Virus record (IMG/VR): IMGVR_UViG_3300035698_006348
Span: 1 to 64,000 of that record
DNA: 64,000 nucleotides
DNA from: a virus
Strand: one strand, 5' to 3'
Under the pieces are notes generated by a model. That model searched no databases, was not told where the DNA came from, and worked only from the letters and a program-made list of their open reading frames with translations. Positions 1 to 9,776 of this stretch are shown in pieces. Position 1 is the first letter of the stretch. Each line of letters opens with the position of its first letter. The position numbers and the translations under genes were made by a program.

Positions 1-2
1 AT

Positions 3-386
3 GACGCTGTAGGTGGAATACTTGAATTTGAAGATGCTGCAAGAGTATCTGGTGCTGGTGGAGTTATTAAACAATTATTACTTATTGATGATGCTGGTCA
101 AGATGCCACACTTCAATTATGGTTATTCAACCAAACTTTTACAGCAATGGTAGATAATGCTGCTTGGGCACCATCTGTAGCAGACTTAGAAAACTTGATA
201 GCAATTGTCTATTCAACTGATGGTACTTGGAGTGCTGCCGGAACACCTTCAGCAAATATTATACCAATAGCCAATAGATATGATCTTGTTGGAACTAGTT
301 TATTTGGACAACTTGTCACGACTGGGATTCCAACTTACACAGGGACTGGTAATTTAACAGTTAAAATTGGAATTCTTCAGGATTGA
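3..386 (+). CDS. 5'-truncated putative virion/structural protein
   Basis: Frame is open from nt 3 (DAVGGILEFEDAARVSGAGG...) through the track ORF 147..386; lies in the late/tail region. Confidence 0.5.
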   Translation, partial: DAVGGILEFEDAARVSGAGGVIKQLLLIDDAGQDATLQLWLFNQTFTAMVDNAAWAPSVADLENLIAIVYSTDGTWSAAGTPSANIIPIANRYDLVGTSLFGQLVTTGIPTYTGTGNLTVKIGILQD

Positions 387-394
387 GGTGAAAA

Positions 395-1099
395 ATGAGT
401 TTACTTTTTGGTAGAAATAGGGCATTATTGGGGGCTAAAAAAATATATAAATTTAATTTTGATATAACTCTAGCAACCTTCACCGCCAAGATGGCAAAGC
501 GCACAGCCCCCGGCCCGTTTGACACTGCCCCTATAATTCAGGGCAACTTTGACGGGAGCGGTGTGCCTGATGTTGTGAGCTATCCGAGAGGGGCGCAGAT
601 TAGCGATAATTTTTATGCTAACTTTGACCCGTATCAGGGGAGTATAGTTGGATGGTGGACTCCTGAAAAAAGCAGAAATGCCACCCAAACAGATGACGAA
701 TATTTTGTTTCTATAAGTGGCGTTTTAACGTTTACCTATGAACATGACCAAGAAAGAATACGGTTTTCTATCGGCGGACAAACGATGTATGCTGATCATA
801 CTACCGTAGCGGGAACAACATATTGCATTAACGTTAGGTGGAATCAAAATAACGCATTAGATGGTACTAATTATGCGTGTATTACTATAAATGATACTCA
901 TACGTTTGGGATGTCTACACAACCAACTGCTGTGGCTCCTGGTGCAACAATTCATATTGGTTCTAATGGACTTATCCGACCTCTCAATGGGATAATGGAA
1001 GGCACAACGGCTTACCGCCGTGTCCTCTTCGACGGGCAGTGGGGAACAGATGTCGGAAATGGTGACGAATTAGCTCTAATATATGATGGTGGTGTATAA
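395..1099 (+). CDS. LamG/concanavalin A-like domain tail fibre protein, N-terminal part
   Basis: Beta-rich; GSIVGWWTP...TVAGTTY...IHIGSNG...GIMEG..AYRRVL pattern resembles the C-terminal domain of 2031..4859; RBS GAGGTG upstream. Confidence 0.55.
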   Translation: MSLLFGRNRALLGAKKIYKFNFDITLATFTAKMAKRTAPGPFDTAPIIQGNFDGSGVPDVVSYPRGAQISDNFYANFDPYQGSIVGWWTPEKSRNATQTDDEYFVSISGVLTFTYEHDQERIRFSIGGQTMYADHTTVAGTTYCINVRWNQNNALDGTNYACITINDTHTFGMSTQPTAVAPGATIHIGSNGLIRPLNGIMEGTTAYRRVLFDGQWGTDVGNGDELALIYDGGV

Positions 1100-2031
1100 T
1101 GAAACTTATATGCCAATATTGTGGAAAAGAATATAAATCTCTCGGAAGAAATAAAAATCAGAAATATTGTTCACGAGAATGTTATGGTCTTGCATCTATT
1201 GTAGATATTCCAACAAGCGTTTGCCCAACATGTGGTAAAGAATTTGAGTGGAAGAGGGCACATAAACCACAGAAATATTGTTCTAGGAAGTGTTCATGCG
1301 AATCTCTAAAGGTTGATACTACTAGACTGTGCGAATACTGTGGAAAAGAATATGATCCACATTTTCAAACAAGCAAAAGAAAATATTGCTCTCATGAATG
1401 TGCAAACAGAGCTATGGATACTAGAATAACAACTAAATGCGAATCATGTGATAAGGAGTTTTTAGTCAGACCTCATGATTATGCTAATGGATTAGGTAGA
1501 TATTGTAGTAACGAGTGTAGACATCAGGCTAAGAGAAATAAAATTAAACGGACTTGTGTAACTTGTGGTAAGGAATTTTATACAATTCAAAGTGAAATAA
1601 ATCGTAAAGGTGGAAAGTATTGTAGTAGAAATTGCTTTTTCCTCAGTGATTCTTTTACTGGACATGGAAGAGGTCGTGGTGGAAAACGAGCCGATTTAAA
1701 TAATATATATTTTCGCTCCTCATGGGAAGCGAATTATGGGAGATATTTAAATAAACTAATTGGAACATATATTATAAAAGGATGGGAATTTGAGCCTGAT
1801 GTTTTTGAATTAGATGGTGGAAATTATTTACCTGACTTCAAGATAACGAATATGAAAAATGAAATTAGTTACCATGAGGTTAAGGGTTATATGACAAAGA
1901 AAGCACAAAATAAAATGGATGTTATGAAAAATACCTACCCAGATATTAAAGTAGTGCTAATAAATAATCTTGTATATAAAAGAATAGAGAAAACTTATGC
2001 AAGTTCAATTCCAAATTGGGAGGTGAGATAA
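1099..2031 (+). mobile_element. Free-standing putative homing endonuclease: repeated CxxCGKE...KYCSxxC Zn fingers plus C-terminal PD-(D/E)xK nuclease
   Basis: Five CxxC..YCS..C repeats; FRSSWEAN...FEP...YLPDF...HEVKGY motif; AT-rich relative to flanks; TAATG overlaps at both ends. Confidence 0.75.
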
Positions 2032-4859
2032 TGGCTAGAAAACCAGAAGAAATCACCGGTGGGCAAGACATTGTTTTCGCATTTCCTACCTCTGGCGTTG
2101 CTGGTGAACTTGTTACAGGCGATGGTGAGGCGCATAGTTTCCCTAATGCTAGTAATGAGCTGAACGTTGGCAACCTTGATGATAATCTCGGCCCGAATCA
2201 GGACAGCATTGTGGCGTTCAATGGGACGACTACGAGTATCAATGCAGGCAGTGAAGCGAGTATTGATGACCTAGCTGATGCTGCGTTTACGGCTGAGGTT
2301 TGGGTGAGGGCTGATAGTATAGGGGAAGGGGCAGCCAGGATTTTAGACAAAGGTAATGTATCTAGTGTTGGGTGGGTTTTATTATTACATCCAAGTTACG
2401 GGGTAGAAGCATTGGTTTATTGTGACACAACGTCTGCTGATACTCGGTTAGCTTCTGAGGTTTATGGGGGTATATTAGAAGATGGCAAATGCCATCACGT
2501 TACAATGTTCTTTGACGATGCTGGCGATAGAAAGGTTTATATTTCCATTGATGGAGTTTGGGCAACTTATGCAAGTCAAACGGCTGGTGTTGGTGCAATA
2601 CTTTCAGACGTATCTGAAAATTTAGTTATTGGCTCAAAAAGCGATGGATCAGATACCTTTGACGGCGCAATGTCCTTCGCTCGTATCTCAGACAACGACA
2701 GATATTCGCATGGCACAGACTTTGTACCACCTCACAATTTACCCGCTAACGATGGTAATACGGTTCGCCTATTTGCGATGAACGAAGGAACAGGCACAAC
2801 GATTACCGACACTTCCACCAACGCTCAAAACGCAACCCTTAGCAACGGCACATGGGAATCGAAGTGGGCTGACGAAGGCACGCCAATCATCCCAACATCG
2901 CTGGCTTTCAACGGGGAAGATACCAGCGTGAATTGTGGCAAAGAAGCGGGACTGAACGATTTGGCTGATGCTGCGTTTACATTTGAAACGTGGCTTAGAC
3001 CAAGTGGAGAAAGCGGGTTTAAGCGAATTGCTGATAAAGGTGATGGTTGGAATATATTGTATAGTCTTGACGCTAACACAATACAAGTAAGTGTTTTTTG
3101 TGCCACGACAAACGCATTATCAATAATAATAAATAACCTTAAAACAGATAACGAACATCATCACATCGCCGTGTTTTTTGATGATGCTGGTGATAGAAAA
3201 ATATATATTTCCGTTGATGGTGTTTGGGCAGCTACTTACAGCACACAAACTGCTGGGGTAGATGCGATTGTTACTGATGCAAGCGATAATCTGTATATTG
3301 GAAATCGCTCTGCTGGGGATAGAACCTTTGACGGTGCAATGTCAATGGCTCGCATCTCAGACAACGACCGTTATTCACATGGCGGAGCAGACTTCACCCC
3401 CCCACCACGAACCTCAACCGTTGCCACCGATGGCAATACGCTTCTACTGCTCAACATGGACGAAGGCACAGGAACAACCCTCGACAACGCAGAAGGAACC
3501 GCCGCTCGTGATGGCACAATCTCGAATGGAACATGGAACACGGTAGCGGATATGGCTACCGATGCTCCAGGAAGTAGGATTTATAATTGGGGCTACGTGT
3601 TAGGCTCAGATGCCGCCAATGAAGGGCTGTACGAGGACATCACGGTTACCGCTGGCGATGACTACTCCATTCGGGCAGTTGTTGGGAGCGATGGGCTTGT
3701 ATCACAGCCTAAAGTTATCCTCTACGATCAGGACAACACAGCTGAGATTGGCTCGATTACGGGCGTTGCAGCTGAAGCATTTGGGACGACTCAATACGAG
3801 TTTACAGGCGAAGTCCCCGCCGGTTGTACGACTATGCGGGTCAAGGTTGTAAACGCCGCTGCTAGTGGTGAGGTTTATTTCCATCAGGTTATGGTATTGC
3901 CAAATAGCGTTGTCAACGGTGGCATGGAAGGCACATACGATGACGAGAGCGCTGGCGGTGGTGGGACTGTCAATGTTGCGCCAGGGTGGAATGCTTTTGA
4001 CATCCTTACAGACGGAACAGACACACTTGATGAAAGCGCAACCGCCCACAGCGGAAGCAAATCACAACAAATAAATGTATCTGCGACAGGCAAAGGAATA
4101 AGAAGTGCTACGAGTTTATTGGCCTCTGATAAATGGTATCTTCTAGAACTCAATTTATACGGAACGTCTGGTTCTGTTCAAATTTCGGATGCCGCTCTAG
4201 CTTATTTTAATGCAACTGTCACTCCTCCAGTGGGTGTATGGACAAAATATAGTTATATTTTATTTTCCACAGCAAACAGAGAGCTTCTTATTCGCTCATC
4301 CGGTGGAGCCGCAAATTTCCTTGTCGATGACATATCAGTCACCCCCCTTTCAGACGTTGAGATCACAGCAGTAGCCGCCTCAGAAGCCAACAGCACGGAA
4401 GGCACGGGGCTTCGGGTCGATGGACGTGACACCCTCACCCAGCCGATTCCTGCGGGCAGTTTGGGGGCAACGAGTGGGAAGATTAGGTTCCCGTATACGC
4501 CTCGACATGATACGGCTGACACAAGAGATTTTAATTCCGATGCGTATGTAGCAAATATTTATAAAGATGCAAATAATTATATTTCTACGTATTGGCTTAC
4601 ACTTGGGAAATTGAGATTGCTTATAAATGTTGACGGAGTATCAACAAACACTTCTTTGACAGCCAACACAGTTGCTGGAACAGAATATTCAGTAGAAATT
4701 CAGTATTCATCTAGCCAAATTACACTGTCGGTTGATGGTGATATAAAATTGACCGTTACCCCTGCTGCTGGAATTGATTTTGGTGCGAATATTCCAGATA
4801 CAATTTATGCAGGTTCAAACAACAGTGGAACAAGTCAATCAGATGCAGTGTTCGGATAG
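2031..4859 (+). CDS. Large LamG-repeat/carbohydrate-binding tail fibre or receptor-binding protein
   Basis: Two near-duplicate LamG units (FTAEVWVR/FTFETWLR...HHV...IG...TFDGAMS.ARISDNDRY) plus CBM-like NGGMEG segments; start at ATG 2031 after GGAGGTG. Confidence 0.75.
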   Translation: MARKPEEITGGQDIVFAFPTSGVAGELVTGDGEAHSFPNASNELNVGNLDDNLGPNQDSIVAFNGTTTSINAGSEASIDDLADAAFTAEVWVRADSIGEGAARILDKGNVSSVGWVLLLHPSYGVEALVYCDTTSADTRLASEVYGGILEDGKCHHVTMFFDDAGDRKVYISIDGVWATYASQTAGVGAILSDVSENLVIGSKSDGSDTFDGAMSFARISDNDRYSHGTDFVPPHNLPANDGNTVRLFAMNEGTGTTITDTSTNAQNATLSNGTWESKWADEGTPIIPTSLAFNGEDTSVNCGKEAGLNDLADAAFTFETWLRPSGESGFKRIADKGDGWNILYSLDANTIQVSVFCATTNALSIIINNLKTDNEHHHIAVFFDDAGDRKIYISVDGVWAATYSTQTAGVDAIVTDASDNLYIGNRSAGDRTFDGAMSMARISDNDRYSHGGADFTPPPRTSTVATDGNTLLLLNMDEGTGTTLDNAEGTAARDGTISNGTWNTVADMATDAPGSRIYNWGYVLGSDAANEGLYEDITVTAGDDYSIRAVVGSDGLVSQPKVILYDQDNTAEIGSITGVAAEAFGTTQYEFTGEVPAGCTTMRVKVVNAAASGEVYFHQVMVLPNSVVNGGMEGTYDDESAGGGGTVNVAPGWNAFDILTDGTDTLDESATAHSGSKSQQINVSATGKGIRSATSLLASDKWYLLELNLYGTSGSVQISDAALAYFNATVTPPVGVWTKYSYILFSTANRELLIRSSGGAANFLVDDISVTPLSDVEITAVAASEANSTEGTGLRVDGRDTLTQPIPAGSLGATSGKIRFPYTPRHDTADTRDFNSDAYVANIYKDANNYISTYWLTLGKLRLLINVDGVSTNTSLTANTVAGTEYSVEIQYSSSQITLSVDGDIKLTVTPAAGIDFGANIPDTIYAGSNNSGTSQSDAVFG
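2200..3545 (+). repeat. Internal tandem duplication (about 220 aa units) in the LamG protein
   Basis: DLADAAFT, FFDDAGDRK.YIS.DGVWA, ARISDNDRYSHG, M.EGTGTT and SNGTW each occur twice. Confidence 0.85.
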
Positions 4860-4870
4860 GAGATAATTAC

Positions 4871-5149
4871 ATGGCGAAATTTAAAGTACAAAGCATAGAA
4901 GAACAATCGAACGGGAAAGTAAACTGTGACACCTTCGTGCTGAACGAGGAAGATGCGGTTATCGGGCATTTCACAGTTGTGTTGGATGCCGCCGAAGTCA
5001 ACGCCGCGAGTGGAACATTGGCACAAAGAGTGGCGGTTTATAAGGCTCTGTTCTTTGCTGACGAACGGATTGCCAGAACCACCGAGAGCGAATCGGCAGT
5101 GGTGAAGATGCAGGCTGACATTAACTTTCCTGTGACGGTAGAAATTTAA
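4871..5149 (+). CDS. Hypothetical protein (possibly tail-fibre associated)
   Basis: ORF with AGGAG RBS directly after the fibre gene; similarly elevated GC. Confidence 0.6.
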   Translation: MAKFKVQSIEEQSNGKVNCDTFVLNEEDAVIGHFTVVLDAAEVNAASGTLAQRVAVYKALFFADERIARTTESESAVVKMQADINFPVTVEI

Positions 5150-5236
5150 TATTATGGAGACTGTTAGATTTTCATAGGACTTTTGGAAGCGTAGAAAATC
5201 ATTTTATTCATAAAAAATAGGCTAAGGAGTATAACA

Positions 5237-6037
5237 ATGAATGCAAAAGGCATTTGGGTAAATAAAGAATACGAACTAACAGAAGAGGACTTAAAAAGTG
5301 CCGATTTTGCTATATGCAAATATGGTAGTTTTTTACACAAAAATGTACAAAAATGCTATGATAATGGTGTACCATTCATTTTATTCTATGAAAATGATCC
5401 AGAAACAATGGTCGAAATGGGGCTCAATCCAAACAGTTGGGGAGACGACCACAACAAATGTTTACTAGATATTGTAAATGGAGTACAGTCAGGTGGTGTG
5501 AATATAGCAGTAAATGGAATTATGGTTGATAGTTCTAAAGTTTATATGGATACAGGTGGTACAATTACTGCTCAATGGATTGTTCAAACGGGTAGACATC
5601 TGTTATCTAGAATTAGAAAACTCACTGGACTAAAAACTTTTCTATACATGAATCAAAATCCAATAGTAGCACACAGTGGCTCAATGGAATCTAGAGAAGC
5701 ATTGTTCGCTTACATAAATGAAAATGATGGAGTGTCTACTGCGACCTTTGTTGGGGGTCTAAATGAAGATGGCTATCCAAAAGATAGTGACTCACCATCC
5801 TTACCTTACGATGGTGGTAACGGTTGGAGATTCTGGTTATACAATGTAAATTCTAATGGAGTACTAGATGTGGTTTATTACAAACCAAAAGAGTTTCTAT
5901 ATGAAGTACTTTCATATAATCAAGTTCAAAGTGAAAAACCATTAGAAGAAGTACCACCACAAGGAAATTTAGATTTTATATCAAGACTTACGAAAGTTAT
6001 AGACATAGCAGCAGAAGAATGGCTAAAGTATAAATGA
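5237..6037 (+). CDS. Putative endolysin, divergent GH25-like fold
   Basis: N-terminal KGIWV/DFAICK, central MVD, FLYMN and WRFWLY echo GH25 motifs; position at the end of the late operon. Confidence 0.45.
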   Translation: MNAKGIWVNKEYELTEEDLKSADFAICKYGSFLHKNVQKCYDNGVPFILFYENDPETMVEMGLNPNSWGDDHNKCLLDIVNGVQSGGVNIAVNGIMVDSSKVYMDTGGTITAQWIVQTGRHLLSRIRKLTGLKTFLYMNQNPIVAHSGSMESREALFAYINENDGVSTATFVGGLNEDGYPKDSDSPSLPYDGGNGWRFWLYNVNSNGVLDVVYYKPKEFLYEVLSYNQVQSEKPLEEVPPQGNLDFISRLTKVIDIAAEEWLKYK

Positions 6038-6642
6038 ATATAATTCTAGCCATCATAACCATAATATTATCAGGTATACTAGTCTATAAGGCATACGCAG
6101 TAAGGGACGTATCAATAATTGGTTCTGCTATTCCAAGATTATTACTGGGAGGATTTCTCTTATTCCCAGATTTAACTTCAAACACTAATCTAAATTTAAC
6201 ATTATTTATAATTATAATATTCGCTTCTGATTTAATAGTAAACACTCTAAGATGGGTATCTAAAAAAGGATTGACTTATGGATATCACAGAGCAGCAATA
6301 AAAACACTATTAGCAATAGAATCTCGTTATAAAGCAATTATAGAAAACACCATAGTAGGTATATATGTAATAGACTGTAAAGGTAACTTTCTATATATAA
6401 ATGATAGGGCTTTAGAATTATTTGGAATATCTGAAACTGAGTCCAACCATCTAACTATATTTTCTGTATTGAAAAATGGCAGTACTCTATTATCTCTAGT
6501 AGAAAAATGCGTAGCTGGAAAATTAGATGAAATAGTTTTATACACAGAAGCAATACTAGTAAATAAAAATATAATCGTAGTAGGCAAAACTTCTATAAAT
6601 GGCTCAACAACAATAACAGGTATTGTAATAGAGGGAGAATAA
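6034..6642 (+). CDS. Membrane-anchored PAS-domain protein
   Basis: Three hydrophobic N-terminal helices, then a classic PAS start ESRYKAIIENTIVGIYVIDCKGNFLYINDRALELFG. Confidence 0.75.
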   Translation: MNIILAIITIILSGILVYKAYAVRDVSIIGSAIPRLLLGGFLLFPDLTSNTNLNLTLFIIIIFASDLIVNTLRWVSKKGLTYGYHRAAIKTLLAIESRYKAIIENTIVGIYVIDCKGNFLYINDRALELFGISETESNHLTIFSVLKNGSTLLSLVEKCVAGKLDEIVLYTEAILVNKNIIVVGKTSINGSTTITGIVIEGE

Positions 6643-6645
6643 AAT

Positions 6646-6909
6646 ATGGAGTGGAATGAGATAGTAGCCCTAGTATCAATATCTGTAACAGTCTTATTAG
6701 GGTTACTACAACTAAGAAAAATAAGATCACAAGCAGATCATGAACAAGCTTCAGCTACCAAAGAATTAGTAGAAGCAGCAAACATACTTCTAATACCATA
6801 CCAAAAAGAAACAGAAAGATTAAGATTAAGAATAATAGTATTAGAAGACATCATAGCAGACTTAGAAGAGGTGATACAATCTCTAAAAGTGACAGTAGAC
6901 TCCCTATAG
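6646..6909 (+). CDS. Small single-TM coiled-coil protein (holin/lysis accessory-like)
   Basis: N-terminal TM helix and heptad C-terminus; last gene before the terminator. Confidence 0.5.
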   Translation: MEWNEIVALVSISVTVLLGLLQLRKIRSQADHEQASATKELVEAANILLIPYQKETERLRLRIIVLEDIIADLEEVIQSLKVTVDSL

Positions 6910-6972
6910 GATAGGAATAGAGAGCTAAAACGAAAAGAATAAGGAAAGCTAATTATTAAATTAGCTGTATAT

Positions 6973-7015
6973 CCCTAAAGGGCATTAATAGGCTCTTTAG
7001 GGGTTTTTTGTTTTT
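6973..7015 (+). terminator. Intrinsic terminator of the late operon
   Basis: CCCTAAAGGGC...GCTCTTTAGGG hairpin followed by T-tract. Confidence 0.8.
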
Positions 7016-7476
7016 AGGTATATAACGAGACCTATTTCCATTCAAAGTCTCCAATTGGTCTTCCTACGAGGTCCATTTTCCTCCGATAAGGGTTCCAAGA
7101 AAATATTTTTAGAATCTGGAGAGAAAACGCAGAACCCAGTGGTTAAGAGTAACTATTCCTATAAGAAGGGGGGGGGAGTAACTTTCTCCAGCTATGGAGT
7201 AAGAATCGATAAGTCCAGGAGTCTTTCGATAAGCGATTTGGAAAAATAGGTTAGGAGTCTTTGGAAACCGATAAGCATTGATAAAACTACTTGAGGAGTC
7301 TTTGGGGTACAGTCCGTCTGCGACAGAGCTGTAATGCGACAATTTTTATCTGAATAGGGGGGGTACAATATTAGAGTTTCCTCATAATAGGAAATTGCTC
7401 CCCCCAAAACGCTGATTATATGAGATAATAGAGTTATCTCAGAGCTTCTTTTGAGTGTAGAAAAAGGAATTTATAA

Positions 7477-8121
7477 ATGACTAAGCAGACCAAAGTTATA
7501 TCTCAAGAAGTTGAAAAACAGGAAGTAGTAAACACTTTTTTAAATGCTAAGGCTACTCATTCCGGAACACGAGTAGAATTATTAGCAGAAATTATTAAAG
7601 ACGCGGGCAAGGTAAATAAGTTAATGATTTTACAATCCCTCGCTTATATCGCGGGTGTTACAAAGAATAAGGAAGGAAAAGAAGAAAAAACTTTTGATAG
7701 GTTACGTGATTACAAAGCTATTGCAAATGTCTCAGATGCTACGATTAAGAGCATATCCTATTCTCTTTATGAGACAGTAGGGAATAAAACCCAAAGTGTT
7801 TCAACAGGACAATTTACTAAGCGTCTATTAAAACAATTCGTTGATAATAATATCTCGCAGTCCTGCTTCTTTGTAGGACAATTCAAATCCTCAAGTAAAT
7901 TCTACAAAGTATTTATCAGTGTACAAGATATACTTGATAAACTAGCGGCGACTGAATTAATACTTGAAACAAAAGATACTTTTGAACGTGAACACCCGCG
8001 CATTATTGCACAGGCATTAGAGACAACGAGTACTACTTCCTCTGCTTTACGTGATGTTCCTGATCTATTAGGAAATATTGTTAGTAGTGAACCTAAAGAG
8101 GAAACACTTCCTTCAATGTAG
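7477..8121 (+). CDS. Hypothetical protein (first early gene)
   Basis: 214-aa ORF with AAGGA RBS and its own terminator. Confidence 0.7.
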   Translation: MTKQTKVISQEVEKQEVVNTFLNAKATHSGTRVELLAEIIKDAGKVNKLMILQSLAYIAGVTKNKEGKEEKTFDRLRDYKAIANVSDATIKSISYSLYETVGNKTQSVSTGQFTKRLLKQFVDNNISQSCFFVGQFKSSSKFYKVFISVQDILDKLAATELILETKDTFEREHPRIIAQALETTSTTSSALRDVPDLLGNIVSSEPKEETLPSM

Positions 8122-8142
8122 ATTGTAAGTAAATAGAATAAT

Positions 8143-8169
8143 ATCCCTTACATAATGTAAGGGATTTTT
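8143..8169 (+). terminator. Intrinsic terminator
   Basis: ATCCCTTACA-TAA-TGTAAGGGAT followed by TTTT. Confidence 0.75.
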
Positions 8170-8405
8170 GTATTTAACAAATAGGTAAACAAACCCAGGA
8201 GCATATAGATTATAGAACAACAATTCTAAGAATGAGCAGACTGTTTATTATAACCACTGTTCACCTTACGACTATGGAATTGAGGGATGTTTGTTCAATT
8301 ATTCGTACTGTACAACTAATCGAAAGTTAAGTGGAATTGTTCACTTACCTGTTCACTTAGTAGTATAGCTGAGTAACTGAGCCACCTATATAAAGGGATA
8401 CTATA

Positions 8406-8705
8406 ATGAATAAAACACTATTGACCACTTTGGAGATATTACAGTCTGATAAACGTTTTAAAGAGGCTTTGCAAGCGGTACTGAATAATATTGAAACCTC
8501 AGATTTGAAAGAAATTTTGCTCCATGTTAGAGATAAAAAAGAAGACTACGCTGCCGAAGATGTTGACTTATGGCAAACCATTAAGATTCAAGGGAAAGGT
8601 ACTACTGCCATGAGGAATAGGCGTGTGTATTTATGCCAATTGATTATTGTCATCAAAGGACTGGAACGTGTGATTGAGAAAAAACTTAGCCTTCGTAATG
8701 ACTAA
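8406..8705 (+). CDS. Hypothetical protein
   Basis: ORF with RBS, same strand as neighbours. Confidence 0.6.
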   Translation: MNKTLLTTLEILQSDKRFKEALQAVLNNIETSDLKEILLHVRDKKEDYAAEDVDLWQTIKIQGKGTTAMRNRRVYLCQLIIVIKGLERVIEKKLSLRND

Positions 8706-8734
8706 GCACCACCTGTATATATAAGGAGTAAGTT

Positions 8735-8974
8735 ATGGAACTAACTATGGAATTACTCACCGAATTGGTTGGTGAGATAGCAAGCAAAGAAAAGGTGGAT
8801 TTATATTTCTTGTTTAGGGCTATGAAGCCCCAGACATATAAAGACCGTAGAAATATTATACGGCAAGCTATCTTTAAGATGGCAATACATTTAGCTGGTT
8901 GTGGTAAAATGTACAGCTCTGAAAGGTTTACCAACTGGCATATGTACTTATTAGATAAGTATAGGATAGGATAA
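8735..8974 (+). CDS. Hypothetical protein
   Basis: AAGGAG RBS. Confidence 0.6.
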   Translation: MELTMELLTELVGEIASKEKVDLYFLFRAMKPQTYKDRRNIIRQAIFKMAIHLAGCGKMYSSERFTNWHMYLLDKYRIG

Positions 8975-8978
8975 TATA

Positions 8979-9224
8979 ATGGCTATGGTAACTGAGAAAG
9001 TATCTTTCAAGATTGAAGGAGTGGAAGTAATTGGTAAATCTCTACGGAAAGCAGTTGAGATTATTGTATCAGAGTTACAAGTATTTAAACACGAAATAGA
9101 CGAATTTTTTGGATTTGCTGGTTTTCAATTAGTAGACGGCAGTATAATACTTATTGAGCCTGGTAAGTTTGGCTTCATTAGTAAAGTGGAAATTATAACT
9201 AACTACCCAGAGGAGGAGGTATGA
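8979..9224 (+). CDS. Hypothetical protein
   Basis: Tightly packed ORF. Confidence 0.6.
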   Translation: MAMVTEKVSFKIEGVEVIGKSLRKAVEIIVSELQVFKHEIDEFFGFAGFQLVDGSIILIEPGKFGFISKVEIITNYPEEEV

Positions 9225-9343
9225 AGATGCTATGGTTTATATTCCTTGTGTTGTTATTAGTAGCACTTGTAATATCAATAATTCCAGCTATCGGGATGGC
9301 TTTAGAAACTATACGTATCATTGGAATTCTTATTAGTTTGTAA
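9221..9343 (+). CDS. 40-aa hydrophobic peptide (not in ORF track)
   Basis: GGAGGAGGT RBS; ATGA overlap; MKMLWFIFLVLLLVALVISIIPAIG... Confidence 0.6.
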   Translation: MKMLWFIFLVLLLVALVISIIPAIGMALETIRIIGILISL

Positions 9344-9470
9344 ATGTCCAGATTATTTGTTTAGTTAGTATATACAATTTCGGAGGATTGTATATATTAT
9401 AGTGAGTAAATAATTACTTACTCCCACGTAGAGGCTACAGTGGGAATTTGACTTACTTAGGAGAAATAAA

Positions 9471-9776
9471 ATGGCAACACTAATTAATATTTGTTATAAT
9501 GATGGCAAGGTTGAAGAAGATGCAATTGTAAGTAACATTGGAAAGCTTGTATCTGGTAGTCACAATAGTGTTAAGAAGGAATTATGTCCAGCTTGTGGAA
9601 AGAAAATAAAGTACGTTGATCCAGAATATCCAGAAGCATGTAATTGCAATGGTTATTATAATCCATCAGACTTGATGAAAGCAATCCTCAAAAATGGTAT
9701 TTATGGTGAAGTGGAAATTACTATTAGTGCATGTCAGAAACACCACATATCAGTTAAGGAGGAAAATAATGGCTAA
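9471..9776 (+). CDS. Cys-rich Zn-binding hypothetical protein, paralogue 1
   Basis: CPACG...CNCNG.YNPS.LM.A...CQ; AGGAG RBS. Confidence 0.65.
   Translation: MATLINICYNDGKVEEDAIVSNIGKLVSGSHNSVKKELCPACGKKIKYVDPEYPEACNCNGYYNPSDLMKAILKNGIYGEVEITISACQKHHISVKEENNG

Noticed and set aside
1090-2040. Group I intron carrying the endonuclease
   Set aside because: The ORF overlaps both flanking genes with no non-coding sequence for a ribozyme core
2200-3545. Diversity-generating retroelement TR/VR pair
   Set aside because: The duplication is an in-frame domain repeat with differences not confined to adenines, and no reverse transcriptase is in the window
7055-7407. Short ORFs 7055-7249 (+), 7109-7342 (-) and 7192-7407 (-)
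   Set aside because: No RBS, mutually overlapping and atypical composition; region is better explained as non-coding
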